From the NCBI GenBank assembly GCA_964493325.1, contig CAZBMD010000001.1:133022-197021 (forward strand): 64,000 bases of DNA. Reading direction: 5' to 3'. The number at the start of each line of letters is the position of its first letter. The first letter of the stretch is position 1. The notes under the pieces were generated by a model, which worked only from the letters and a program-made list of their open reading frames with translations, ran no database searches and was not told where the DNA came from. The stretch comes from an uncultured Pseudomonadota bacterium. Lineage in GTDB: Bacteria > Babelota > Babeliae > Babelales > RVW-14. The position numbers and the translations under genes were made by a program. Shown here piece by piece: positions 39,867 through 47,837 of the stretch.

Positions 39867-40388
39867 TTACTGACTATTTTTTTCAGCAATTCGATTAAGA
39901 GTATACAACAAACGTACAATTAGTAAATTTAAGACGCGTGCTAAACTAGAAACAGGGGCTTGCATTGTACCCAAAAGTTGGGCCAAGAGCACTTCTTTAG
40001 TAGGAAGTGAGGCAAGAAACTCTACTTCTTCTTTTCGCAGTTTTTTTGACTCTAAAAAACCTGAAACTACTTTCAAAAAAGCATGTTTTTTTGAAAAATT
40101 TACAAGATGTTTAGCAACAAGCGAAGGATCCTTTTGAGAGAAAACAAGTCCAACCTGATCATGAAAATCAGAAGTAAAAGGCTCAATTCCTTCAAGGTCT
40201 TTCGCTGCTATTTTCATCAAAGTTGCTTTAGTCACTTTAAAATGACCACCATCTTGCCGAAGATCTTGTCGAAGATTTTTCATTGCAGAGACGGTCATTC
40301 CCTTGTAATTTACCAAAAAAGTAGCATGAGATTCTGATAGCATTTTTTTTATGTCAGCAATGATAGCTGCTTTTTCCTGACGGTTCAT
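39867..40388 (-). CDS. rplJ: 50S ribosomal protein L10
   Basis: 173 aa starting MNRQEKAAIIADIKK...FLVNYKGMTV. rplJ-rplL order. Confidence 0.93.
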   Translation of the reverse strand: MNRQEKAAIIADIKKMLSESHATFLVNYKGMTVSAMKNLRQDLRQDGGHFKVTKATLMKIAAKDLEGIEPFTSDFHDQVGLVFSQKDPSLVAKHLVNFSKKHAFLKVVSGFLESKKLRKEEVEFLASLPTKEVLLAQLLGTMQAPVSSLARVLNLLIVRLLYTLNRIAEKNSQ

Positions 40389-40402
40389 CGCATATTCCTC
40401 TG

Positions 40403-41110
40403 CTATACAATCTCATCTTGATTAATGGTTACGCCAACTCCCATTGTCGAAGAGATGGATACCTTTCTGATAAATTTACCCTTAGCCGTTGCTGGCTTGC
40501 TTGATTGAATTGACTTTAGCAATGCACTCAAGTTTTCGAGTAATTTATCTGCACCAAAGGAAACTTTTCCAAAGGGAGCATGAACAACGCCGCCTTTATC
40601 ATTTCTAAAAGAAACGCGGCCTTTTTTCAAGTCAGATACGATACTTGCAACATCAAAGGTTACAGTACCAACTTTTTTGTTTGGCAATAAACCTCGAGGT
40701 CCAAGAATCTTGGCGACCTTTCCAACCAAACCCATTAGGTCAGGAGTGGCAACTGCGGCATCAAAATCAGCCCAGCCGCCTTCGATTTTCTCGATCAAAT
40801 CTTCAACTCCTACATAGTCGGCGCCAGCTTTACGTGCTGCATCTTCGTAATCGCCTTTGGCAAAAACTAGCACGCGTACTTGCTTACCGATACCATGAGG
40901 TAGAAGAACTGATCCTCGAACGGTCTGTTCACCTTTGGATGCATCAATACCAAGGATTACATCAACGTCAACTGTTTCATCGAATTTTACGTGAGCATTT
41001 TTAACTACAAATTCAAGAGCAGACTTAGTAGAAGTAATGCTTGTAGCTGCTAACTTTTCTTTTACACTTACGTGTTTTTTCCCTATATGACTCATGTTGT
41101 GTCCATTCAA
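40403..41110 (-). CDS. rplA: 50S ribosomal protein L1
   Basis: KFDETVDVDVILGID, VRGSVLLPHGIGK and GPRGLLPN. Alternative ATG at 41095. Confidence 0.95.
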   Translation of the reverse strand: MNGHNMSHIGKKHVSVKEKLAATSITSTKSALEFVVKNAHVKFDETVDVDVILGIDASKGEQTVRGSVLLPHGIGKQVRVLVFAKGDYEDAARKAGADYVGVEDLIEKIEGGWADFDAAVATPDLMGLVGKVAKILGPRGLLPNKKVGTVTFDVASIVSDLKKGRVSFRNDKGGVVHAPFGKVSFGADKLLENLSALLKSIQSSKPATAKGKFIRKVSISSTMGVGVTINQDEIV

Positions 41111-41116
41111 AAAATA

Positions 41117-41542
41117 CTAATCAACAACAGCAAGACCCATACTTCTTGCGCTACCAGCAACAATCTTCTTTGCTGCGTCCATATCAAGTGCGTTCAGATC
41201 TGGCATTTTTATTTTTGCAATTTCTTCAATGTCTTTCCATTGAATAGTTCCAGCCACATCTTTGCCCGGATTCTTCGCTCCTTTTTGAATATTTGCTTTT
41301 TTACGCAAGAGTTCAGAAACAGGAGGAGTTTTTAAGACAAAATCGAACGTTTTATCTGTATAAATAGTAATTAAAACAGGAACTGTTTCGCCTTTTCGGC
41401 TTGCGGATGCTGCGTTGAATTTCTTACAGAAATCCATCAAATTGACTTGATGCTGACCCAAAGTCGAACCTACAGGAGGAGCTGGTGTTGCTGCGGCTCC
41501 TTTTAGCTGCATCTTAACAGTACATTTTATTTTTTTAGACAT
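41117..41542 (-). CDS. rplK: 50S ribosomal protein L11
   Basis: KMQLKGAAATPAPPVGSTLGQHQVNLMDFCKKFN. Confidence 0.96.
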   Translation of the reverse strand: MSKKIKCTVKMQLKGAAATPAPPVGSTLGQHQVNLMDFCKKFNAASASRKGETVPVLITIYTDKTFDFVLKTPPVSELLRKKANIQKGAKNPGKDVAGTIQWKDIEEIAKIKMPDLNALDMDAAKKIVAGSARSMGLAVVD

Positions 41543-41563
41543 GTTATATCACCTAATAAACGC

Positions 41564-42115
41564 TTACTTTTTGACTTGATCAAAACCTAATTCTACTGGA
41601 GTTAATCTACCGAAAATACTGACCATAACAGTGAGTCGTTCTCGATCTTCGTCAACTTTATCAACAAGACCAACGAACCCGGAGAAGGGGCCGTTTGAAA
41701 TGTGAACCTCATTTCCAACAACAAACGAAGTTTTTTCACTAAGCGCAGAAAGCTTGCCCGACATTTGCGAAAAAATACGATCAATTTCTTTTTCCGACAA
41801 TGGGGCTGGACTTTCTCCACCCAAGAAGCGTGTGACTCGTGGATTGGAAGAGACAAGTCTGAATGTTTCTCCAGTCATTTCCATGTTAATAAAAAGATAA
41901 CCTGGAAAAATTTTTTCTTTCTTTTCCTTATTTTCGGAGAAAAAGCTTGCAGCTTCACCGGTAGGAATTAAAATTTCACCGAATTGGTCTTCAAGACCTT
42001 CTTCGACAAATCTTTTTTCGAGGTCTACTTTTATAATATCCTCAAAGCCGGTGTAAACCTGTACTACATACCAACGTTTCATCGTGCAACCACAACTTCC
42101 ACAATTATTCGACAA
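41564..42115 (-). CDS. nusG: Transcription termination/antitermination factor NusG
   Basis: KRWYVVQVYTGFE, FPGYLFI, and KOW GNEVHISNGPFSGFVGLV. Likely start ATG 42082. Confidence 0.93.
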   Translation of the reverse strand: MSNNCGSCGCTMKRWYVVQVYTGFEDIIKVDLEKRFVEEGLEDQFGEILIPTGEAASFFSENKEKKEKIFPGYLFINMEMTGETFRLVSSNPRVTRFLGGESPAPLSEKEIDRIFSQMSGKLSALSEKTSFVVGNEVHISNGPFSGFVGLVDKVDEDRERLTVMVSIFGRLTPVELGFDQVKK

Positions 42116-42125
42116 TTAACCATAT

Positions 42126-42329
42126 CTAGCTGATGAACCTTTGAATGACGTAGCTAAACGAAGCATCCATGCCACCTAAAATAACCGCAAATACAAAAAC
42201 AAGAATGCAAACAATAGTGACAGAGCCAATAAGCTCATCTTTGCTAGGCCACGTAGTTTTTTTTATTTCAACCTTAACTTCATGAAAGAAGTTCTTAAGT
42301 GAACTAAAAACGTTATTAACTTTGCTCAT
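42126..42329 (-). CDS. secE: Preprotein translocase subunit SecE
   Basis: FFHEVKVEIKKTTWPSKDELIGSVTIVCILVFVFAVILG. ATG 42329. The longer ORF to 42386 runs into tRNA-Trp. Confidence 0.88.
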   Translation of the reverse strand: MSKVNNVFSSLKNFFHEVKVEIKKTTWPSKDELIGSVTIVCILVFVFAVILGGMDASFSYVIQRFIS

Positions 42330-42356
42330 GTACGTACTTTCCTTTGTGCTTGGGCC

Positions 42357-42433
42357 TGGCAGGCCAGGAGGGATTCGAACCCCCAACCCACGGATTTGGA
42401 GTCCGTTGCTCTACCAGTTCGAGCTACTGGCCC
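42357..42433 (-). tRNA. tRNA-Trp (anticodon CCA)
   Basis: Manual fold: D arm GCTC-GAACTGGTA-GAGC, anticodon stem ACGGA/TCCGT with loop CTCCAAA, T loop TTCGAAT, CCA encoded. Confidence 0.88.
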
Positions 42434-42442
42434 TTATCGTAA

Positions 42443-42601
42443 TTATTTTGTTTCTTTATGCGTCGCGTGTTTGCGGCATTTGGCACAGTACTTATTGATA
42501 GCAAGTTTACCGAAAGCTCTTTTTTTCGAAACACGTTTGCTATAATTTCTCATGCCGCATCCTTCACACTCAAGATGCATAATTGTGCGATTCTTTGCCA
42601 T
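42443..42601 (-). CDS. rpmG: 50S ribosomal protein L33 (not in the ORF track, 52 aa)
   Basis: My translation of the minus strand is MAKNRTIMHLECEGCGMRNYSKRVSKKRAFGKLAINKYCAKCRKHATHKETK*. It has the L33 CxxC...CxxC layout and the typical position upstream of secE. Confidence 0.85.
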   Translation of the reverse strand: MAKNRTIMHLECEGCGMRNYSKRVSKKRAFGKLAINKYCAKCRKHATHKETK

Positions 42602-42633
42602 AATTAAACCTTTGTATCGTTAAACAATAAAAC

Positions 42634-42709
42634 TGGAGCCCGCGACCGGACTCGAACCGGTGACCTCTCCCTTACCAAGGAAGTGCTCTGCCAACTGAGC
42701 TACGTGGGC
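42634..42709 (-). tRNA. tRNA-Thr (anticodon GGT)
   Basis: Manual fold: D arm GCTC-AGTTGGCA-GAGC, anticodon loop TTGGTAA, T arm ACCGG-TTCGAGT-CCGGT, CCA encoded. One A-C mismatch in the acceptor stem. Confidence 0.85.
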
Positions 42710-42787
42710 GCTGTTTTATTTTTCTATCCGCACTTAAATGCTTTCAGTCCCAATCACTCGCGTGTCTAAATACGGCGATCTCTTTAC

Positions 42788-42863
42788 TGGAGCTGGCAAC
42801 TGGATTCGAACCAGCGACCTGCTGATTACAAATCAGCTGCTCTACCAACTGAGCTATGCCAGC
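42788..42863 (-). tRNA. tRNA-Thr (anticodon TGT)
   Basis: Manual fold: GCTGGCA acceptor, anticodon stem GCTGA/TCAGC with loop TTTGTAA, T loop TTCGAAT, CCA encoded. Confidence 0.88.
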
Positions 42864-42871
42864 AGACCATT

Positions 42872-42947
42872 TGGAGCGGGAAACGGGGCTCGAACCCGCA
42901 ACCTACAGCTTGGAAGGCTGTCGCTCTACCAATTGAGCTATTCCCGC
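42872..42947 (-). tRNA. tRNA-Gly (anticodon TCC)
   Basis: Manual fold: GCGGGAA acceptor, anticodon stem ACAGC/GCTGT with loop CTTCCAA, T loop TTCGAGC, CCA encoded. Confidence 0.88.
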
Positions 42948-43067
42948 AGTCAATATCAAGTATTTTATGTACGCAGGAAATGACACGTCTTGAGAGTATA
43001 TAAAACTTTTAGACAAGTGCCAATTTGTGCGCATATTTTTTTATAAATAATGCTTTTTTGCTTTAAA

Positions 43068-43152
43068 TGGTGGGGAGGACAGGATTCGAACCTGTGAAGG
43101 CTGTGCCAACGGATTTACAGTCCGTCCCCTTTGACCGCTCGGGAACCTCCCC
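43068..43152 (-). tRNA. tRNA-Tyr (anticodon GTA), long variable arm
   Basis: Manual fold: GGGGAGG acceptor, anticodon loop CTGTAAA, long extra arm, T loop TTCGAAT, CCA encoded. 85 nt. Confidence 0.88.
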
Positions 43153-43269
43153 ATTTAGCTTAATTTTTAGGTTAAGCTTTTCAAAAAGAGCAACTCTTAA
43201 TAATGACACTAGAATAGATTTTTTATCAAAGATTTCAACTTTTTTTAAAAAAAGGCTTAGGTTTTAATT

Positions 43270-43707
43270 TTATAACGATAGAATTCGCTGATTAAGATTA
43301 GTTTCATCATAGGATAAGTGAAGTATTTGCACCTTTGATTTTAGAGAGTTTTTATTAAGCAAAGGGCTTATTATATCGGGCCATTCAATGAATATGAATG
43401 CATTTGGCTGCGTCAAATATTCGTCGAAACCAGCTGCCAAGAATTCATCAAGCCCAGAAATGCGATAAAGATCAAAATGATAAAAATTTGTATGATTGTT
43501 GCTCTTGTAGTTGTTAACATAGCTAAATGTTGGACTGGAGACTGTTTCCATAACTCCAGATTGACGTAGTATCTCTTTAATAATGGTCGTTTTGCCCACG
43601 CCCATTGGTCCGTCAAAAAGAAGAATTGATTTTGATTGAAAGAGTGGCAATATAGTTGATTTGACGATATTTGTGATTGTTTTTTCAGTGTACAAAAGAT
43701 CCATCAT
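43270..43707 (-). CDS. tsaE: tRNA t6A37 biosynthesis ATPase TsaE (YjeE)
   Basis: LFDGPMGVGKTT P-loop, SPTFSYVNNY and YHFDLYRI. Confidence 0.88.
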   Translation of the reverse strand: MMDLLYTEKTITNIVKSTILPLFQSKSILLFDGPMGVGKTTIIKEILRQSGVMETVSSPTFSYVNNYKSNNHTNFYHFDLYRISGLDEFLAAGFDEYLTQPNAFIFIEWPDIISPLLNKNSLKSKVQILHLSYDETNLNQRILSL

Positions 43708-43719
43708 AGCCTTTGATTA

Positions 43720-44367
43720 TTATTTTAATTTTTTTAGCGTAGCGTAAAGTTTTTTTTCTTTTTTTGATAGGGCCAGGCTGCAGCCTTTATTTTTTTTTGC
43801 AGATGCTAGAGAATTATCTTTTTGTGGAAGAGTTATAGATGCTTCTTCCATCAATAAATCAACATCTAAAGGTTTATTGAATTTTTCAAGAATATCGCAT
43901 GTAAGTTCGTCATATTTAATGGCATCGCTTTGTAGAGTCATTGCTTGTTTTTCAGTATCTGCAAGATACTGGGGATCATTAAGAATACTATTTTGCATGA
44001 TACTATAAAATTCGAAAACATCCATGGAAGATGTTCCATGCCGTGTGCATTCTTGAATAAGTTTGCGGTCTTTGGTAACAACAAGGATGTTAAGTTCTTT
44101 ATGTTTTTCGGCATACTCTATGATCCATTCATCGGCAGAGCTTTTTTGGCCAGAAAAAATAATCGATACGCCTTGCTTAACTTCGCGGCTGGCATGGCTA
44201 AAAGGGCCAGCGTCAAAAACAAGAATGACGTCTTTAAGATCTTTTTTCTTTTTAGCTTTGTAAGAGCTAAGAAGCTTGATAAGGTGTTGTTTCTGCGCAT
44301 CTGGTGTGCGTTTATGTTGAGGCATTATTTGCCGCAAAAGATTATAGCCATCAATAAGCACAACCAT
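43720..44367 (-). CDS. YacP/Rae1-like NYN-domain ribonuclease
   Basis: MVVLIDGYNLL, VILVFDA, IIFSGQKSSADEWIIE and VVTKDRKL align by eye with B. subtilis YacP. Confidence 0.7.
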   Translation of the reverse strand: MVVLIDGYNLLRQIMPQHKRTPDAQKQHLIKLLSSYKAKKKKDLKDVILVFDAGPFSHASREVKQGVSIIFSGQKSSADEWIIEYAEKHKELNILVVTKDRKLIQECTRHGTSSMDVFEFYSIMQNSILNDPQYLADTEKQAMTLQSDAIKYDELTCDILEKFNKPLDVDLLMEEASITLPQKDNSLASAKKNKGCSLALSKKEKKLYATLKKLK

Positions 44368-44486
44368 ATATTTTTTTAGACTCCAAGAAATGAGAACCTG
44401 TTTTATCTGATTTATAAGACAGTTTAATGTATAAGCTCATTGTAAAAAAACAAATTATACATTAAGGTAAGGTTATAGCGATAAGA

Positions 44487-45428
44487 ATGCTTTTTGTGCC
44501 TTCATGGAGGGAAGTTGTGTCTCACCTTGTTCAGTTGAAACAACAAATCAAATCAATTCAAACGACAAAAAAAATTACTCATGCAATCCGTCTTGTTTCT
44601 ATGTCGCTTTATTCTAAGCTTGAAAAACAAAACACGCCGCTTAAATATTATCAGCGTAAAGTTCAAAAAAATTTTATGCAATTGATAGAAGCTCTTCCTT
44701 CATGGAAGGACTCAGTTTTGTTTCCTCAAGACATTCAAGATTTATCTCCACTTATTGTTATCATTGCCACATCAAAAGGCTTGTGCGGGAGCTTGAATTC
44801 CAATATGTTTCGCTACATTAAACAATCTTTATTTTTGGAGCCTAATCAGCGCCCACAGATTATAGCTATTGGCCAAAAAGCAATTAAATATGCAAAAGAG
44901 CAAACTTTTGGAGAGTTGGTTTGTACCTATGGAGAGCTTTCATCTAGTCATTTTATTGCGATAGCAGATGATTTAATGGAAAAAATTTTTTGTGCGACAT
45001 CGCCATACTCATCAGTGACTTTTTTTAGCAATGAATTTTGTTCTTTTTTCCTCCAAAAACCTAAAAAAAATTCACTGATTCCTGTAATGGTTGAGAAGCC
45101 TTTGTCTGCACAAGCTGTACACTCTGATAACTTGTCTCATGCAGAGCAAGATAATGATTTATTGTTCAGCGAAGGGGATTTTATATGGGAACAGCCAGGA
45201 GACCAAATTGCTCATTATTTTGCAAAAATGTACATTCGTAGCAGCATCATGAATATTCTTTTGCAGGCGCTTATATCAGAGCATGCAGCTCGCTTTATAG
45301 CTATGGATAATTCTTTTGCAAATGCAGAAAAAATTCTTGATAAGCTTGTTCTGCAATTTAATAAAATGCGTCAAACATTGATTACAAGAGAGGTTGCAGA
45401 ATTAACTGCAAACCTACCAAATCGATAG
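44487..45428 (+). CDS. atpG: F-type ATP synthase gamma subunit (stand-alone)
   Basis: N-terminal helix LKQQIKSIQTTKKITHAIRLVSMS, central SKGLCGSLNSN, and C-terminal helix SEHAARFIAMDNSFANA...LQFNKMRQTLITREVAELTA. Confidence 0.85.
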   Translation: MLFVPSWREVVSHLVQLKQQIKSIQTTKKITHAIRLVSMSLYSKLEKQNTPLKYYQRKVQKNFMQLIEALPSWKDSVLFPQDIQDLSPLIVIIATSKGLCGSLNSNMFRYIKQSLFLEPNQRPQIIAIGQKAIKYAKEQTFGELVCTYGELSSSHFIAIADDLMEKIFCATSPYSSVTFFSNEFCSFFLQKPKKNSLIPVMVEKPLSAQAVHSDNLSHAEQDNDLLFSEGDFIWEQPGDQIAHYFAKMYIRSSIMNILLQALISEHAARFIAMDNSFANAEKILDKLVLQFNKMRQTLITREVAELTANLPNR

Positions 45429-45437
45429 CATAACTAG

Positions 45438-46733
45438 CTATTCTATCACCTGTATGGTTGCCCCAAGTTGCTGCAATTTGTTTTCAAAACGGTCATAGCC
45501 TCGCTTCCAGTGATGAAGTCCGGTGATCTTTGTTTGTCCGTATGCACGAAGACCAGCAAGAACAAGTCCGCATGAGGCCCGAATATCACTTGCAATCACT
45601 TCGCACCCGTAGAGAGCTTCTACCCCTCTAATGGTTGCACGTGCGCCCTGCACCGAAATTTGAGCACCCATTTTGCCTAATTCTTGTGCATGGATGAGTC
45701 TATTTTCAAATACCGTTTCTTCAACAAGCGAAGTTCCGTCAGCAAGGCAGAGAGCTGTCATCATTGGTGCTTGCAGATCAGTAGGAAATCCTGGATAAGG
45801 ACCTGTTTTAAAATTAATGGCTTTTGGCCTTTGTGTTGCGATAAGTTTAATGCCGCTAAATAAATGATTGTCTGTGTCGAGTGATGTTATGATTTGGTGG
45901 CCCATTTCGCGCAATTTCTCGAGAAAAATGTCCATGTGATCTGGGCGTGCTTCAGGAAGGTGTATAGTTCCTCCGGTTATGCTAGCAGCAAGGAGCAGGG
46001 CCCCTGCTTCAAGGCGGTCTGGGATGATGCTATGATTAATTGGGCGGAGTGTATGACCTCCAATAATTTTAATGGTAGCGCCATTTTCTGATGAAATATG
46101 AGCTCCCATTTTTTTTAAAACATCAATCAAATCGATTACTTCAGGCTCTAGCGCTGCATTAATGATGATTGTTTCGCCATGAAAATGGGTAGCAAACATC
46201 ATGATATTTTCAGTTGCCCCAACACTGGGGTATTCAAAAATAATACGAGCATGCGATGGTTTATTGGAAGAATCTTTCCTCGAAGCGCTTAATTTGCCAT
46301 GAGCCGTATCAAAGGTAACTCCCATTTTACTAAACCCTTGGAGGTGGTAGTCAATCGGGCGAGCTCCAATTAAGCAGCCTCCAGGAAGTGCAACTATTGC
46401 CTTGCCAAAGCGTGCAAGCAGCGGTCCCATAACCAAAATTGATGCGCGCATTTTATTCATAATTTCAGGACTGACTTCATAGCGATTAATGCGTGATGTA
46501 TCGACGATGAGTTTTTTATGTGCAACATTAAAATCGATTGATGCACCAAGTTGCTCAAGAAGTCGTATCATTTGCCATACGTCTGCAGAGTCTGGGACAT
46601 TGGTGAGCGTGGATACTCCATCGGTCAAAATAAGCGAAGCAATGATGACAAGGACTGCATTTTTTGCTCCCACAAGAGAGATTTGTCCTGATAGCTCGGT
46701 TGATTGTTCAAGTAGTAGATATCCATTAGTCAT
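45438..46733 (-). CDS. murA: UDP-N-acetylglucosamine 1-carboxyvinyltransferase
   Basis: GAKNAVLVIIASLIL, LPGGCLIGARPID (active-site Cys loop) and FPTDLQAPMM. ATG 46733. The ORF extends to 46799. Confidence 0.93.
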   Translation of the reverse strand: MTNGYLLLEQSTELSGQISLVGAKNAVLVIIASLILTDGVSTLTNVPDSADVWQMIRLLEQLGASIDFNVAHKKLIVDTSRINRYEVSPEIMNKMRASILVMGPLLARFGKAIVALPGGCLIGARPIDYHLQGFSKMGVTFDTAHGKLSASRKDSSNKPSHARIIFEYPSVGATENIMMFATHFHGETIIINAALEPEVIDLIDVLKKMGAHISSENGATIKIIGGHTLRPINHSIIPDRLEAGALLLAASITGGTIHLPEARPDHMDIFLEKLREMGHQIITSLDTDNHLFSGIKLIATQRPKAINFKTGPYPGFPTDLQAPMMTALCLADGTSLVEETVFENRLIHAQELGKMGAQISVQGARATIRGVEALYGCEVIASDIRASCGLVLAGLRAYGQTKITGLHHWKRGYDRFENKLQQLGATIQVIE

Positions 46734-46844
46734 AATTTTCTCAAAATCAAAAGGGTGAAAAGGTATTTCGGTTTTTTTTGTTTTTGATAATATCAGCAAA
46801 ATGAATTTATTGAATATAACTCCTATTAATTATTGAAGAATATT

Positions 46845-47633
46845 ATGCAAAAGAAAAAAATTATATGTATCATTCCAGCTCGACTACAAGCTTCTCGATT
46901 TCCAGGGAAAATGCTCACAACGCTTGGTAACAAGCCGCTTCTTGAATGGGTTTGGCAGGCAGCAACAAGAGTGCCTCTTTTTGATGAGGTTTTGTTTGCC
47001 GTTGATAGCCCGCTCATTGGAGACCTGGTAAGCTCTTTTGGTGCTCGTTTTGTTATGACTGCAGAATCGTGTGCAAATGGAACCGAGCGTCTTATCGAGG
47101 TTATGCAGCGCGGCCTTGCTCAAGCAGATATCTGGGTTAATTGGCAGGGCGATGAGCCGTTTATCTCAAAAAACATGATCGAAGAACTTTTGCAAAGTTG
47201 TCATACGCTTGATGCTGATATTTGGACGTTAAAAAAACAGATAACCAATTCTGCAGAGCTGACCGCGCCAAATATTGCAAAGATAGTATGTGACAAAGAT
47301 GGTTATACGTTATTTTGCACACGAAGCATGATTCCATTTTTTCGAGACGAAAGTGATTTGCAGGCAATTGTACAAAAAAAATTGCACTTCAAACATATTG
47401 GTCTGTATGCCTTTACCACAGATGCGTTACGTAAAATTACAGCAGGAGTTGTTTGTCCATTTGAAGATGCTGAAAAACTTGAGGGCCTTAAGTTTTTGTA
47501 CAATGGACTTAGGATGAAGGCGTACGAGACTTCATATGAAGTTTTTGGAATAGATACTCCTGAAGATCTAGCTCGTGCCGAACGAGCTGTGCAATCGCTG
47601 AAAAAAACTACAGAGTCAACGGCTTCTTTTTGA
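46845..47633 (+). CDS. kdsB: 3-deoxy-manno-octulosonate cytidylyltransferase (CMP-KDO synthetase)
   Basis: IIPARLQASRFPGKML, VNWQGDEPF and GIDTPEDL. ATG 46845. The ORF track starts at TTG 46833. Confidence 0.9.
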   Translation: MQKKKIICIIPARLQASRFPGKMLTTLGNKPLLEWVWQAATRVPLFDEVLFAVDSPLIGDLVSSFGARFVMTAESCANGTERLIEVMQRGLAQADIWVNWQGDEPFISKNMIEELLQSCHTLDADIWTLKKQITNSAELTAPNIAKIVCDKDGYTLFCTRSMIPFFRDESDLQAIVQKKLHFKHIGLYAFTTDALRKITAGVVCPFEDAEKLEGLKFLYNGLRMKAYETSYEVFGIDTPEDLARAERAVQSLKKTTESTASF

Positions 47634-47651
47634 GTGCTAAAAAATATAGTT

Positions 47652-47700
47652 ATTGCGTGCTATTAATTTCAGTTAATAACACGCAATGGAGTTTTCTTAT
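47652..47700 (+). terminator. Stem-loop terminator after kdsB
   Basis: attgcgtgctattaa (47652-47666) pairs with ttaataacacgcaat (47673-47687): 15 bp with one mismatch and a 6-nt loop. T-rich ggagttttcttattttt follows. Confidence 0.55.
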
Positions 47701-47837
47701 TTTTATGGACAATTGACTTTGTCGATTCATGGCCATCTTGACATATTTGCCTGTGCTGGGCTAGAATCTCCTCTGGCGTTAAAGCTTTTTTTATTCAGAG
47801 AATATATTTTATTCGGTATTCAGATTATTCTTCTATC

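Noticed and set aside
42330-42386. N-terminal extension of the secE ORF (MGVRIPPGLPGPSTKESTY...)
   Set aside because: The extension overlaps tRNA-Trp on the same strand. The internal ATG at 42329 gives a normal ~67-aa SecE.
42738-43267. Plus-strand ORFs 42738-42983 (81 aa) and 43067-43267 (66 aa) in the ORF track
   Set aside because: They run antisense through tRNA-Thr(TGT), tRNA-Gly and tRNA-Tyr. The peptides (…GIRTSDLLITNQLLYQLSY…, …GFEPVKAVPTDLQSVPFDRSGTSP…) are the familiar artefact of translating tRNA genes.
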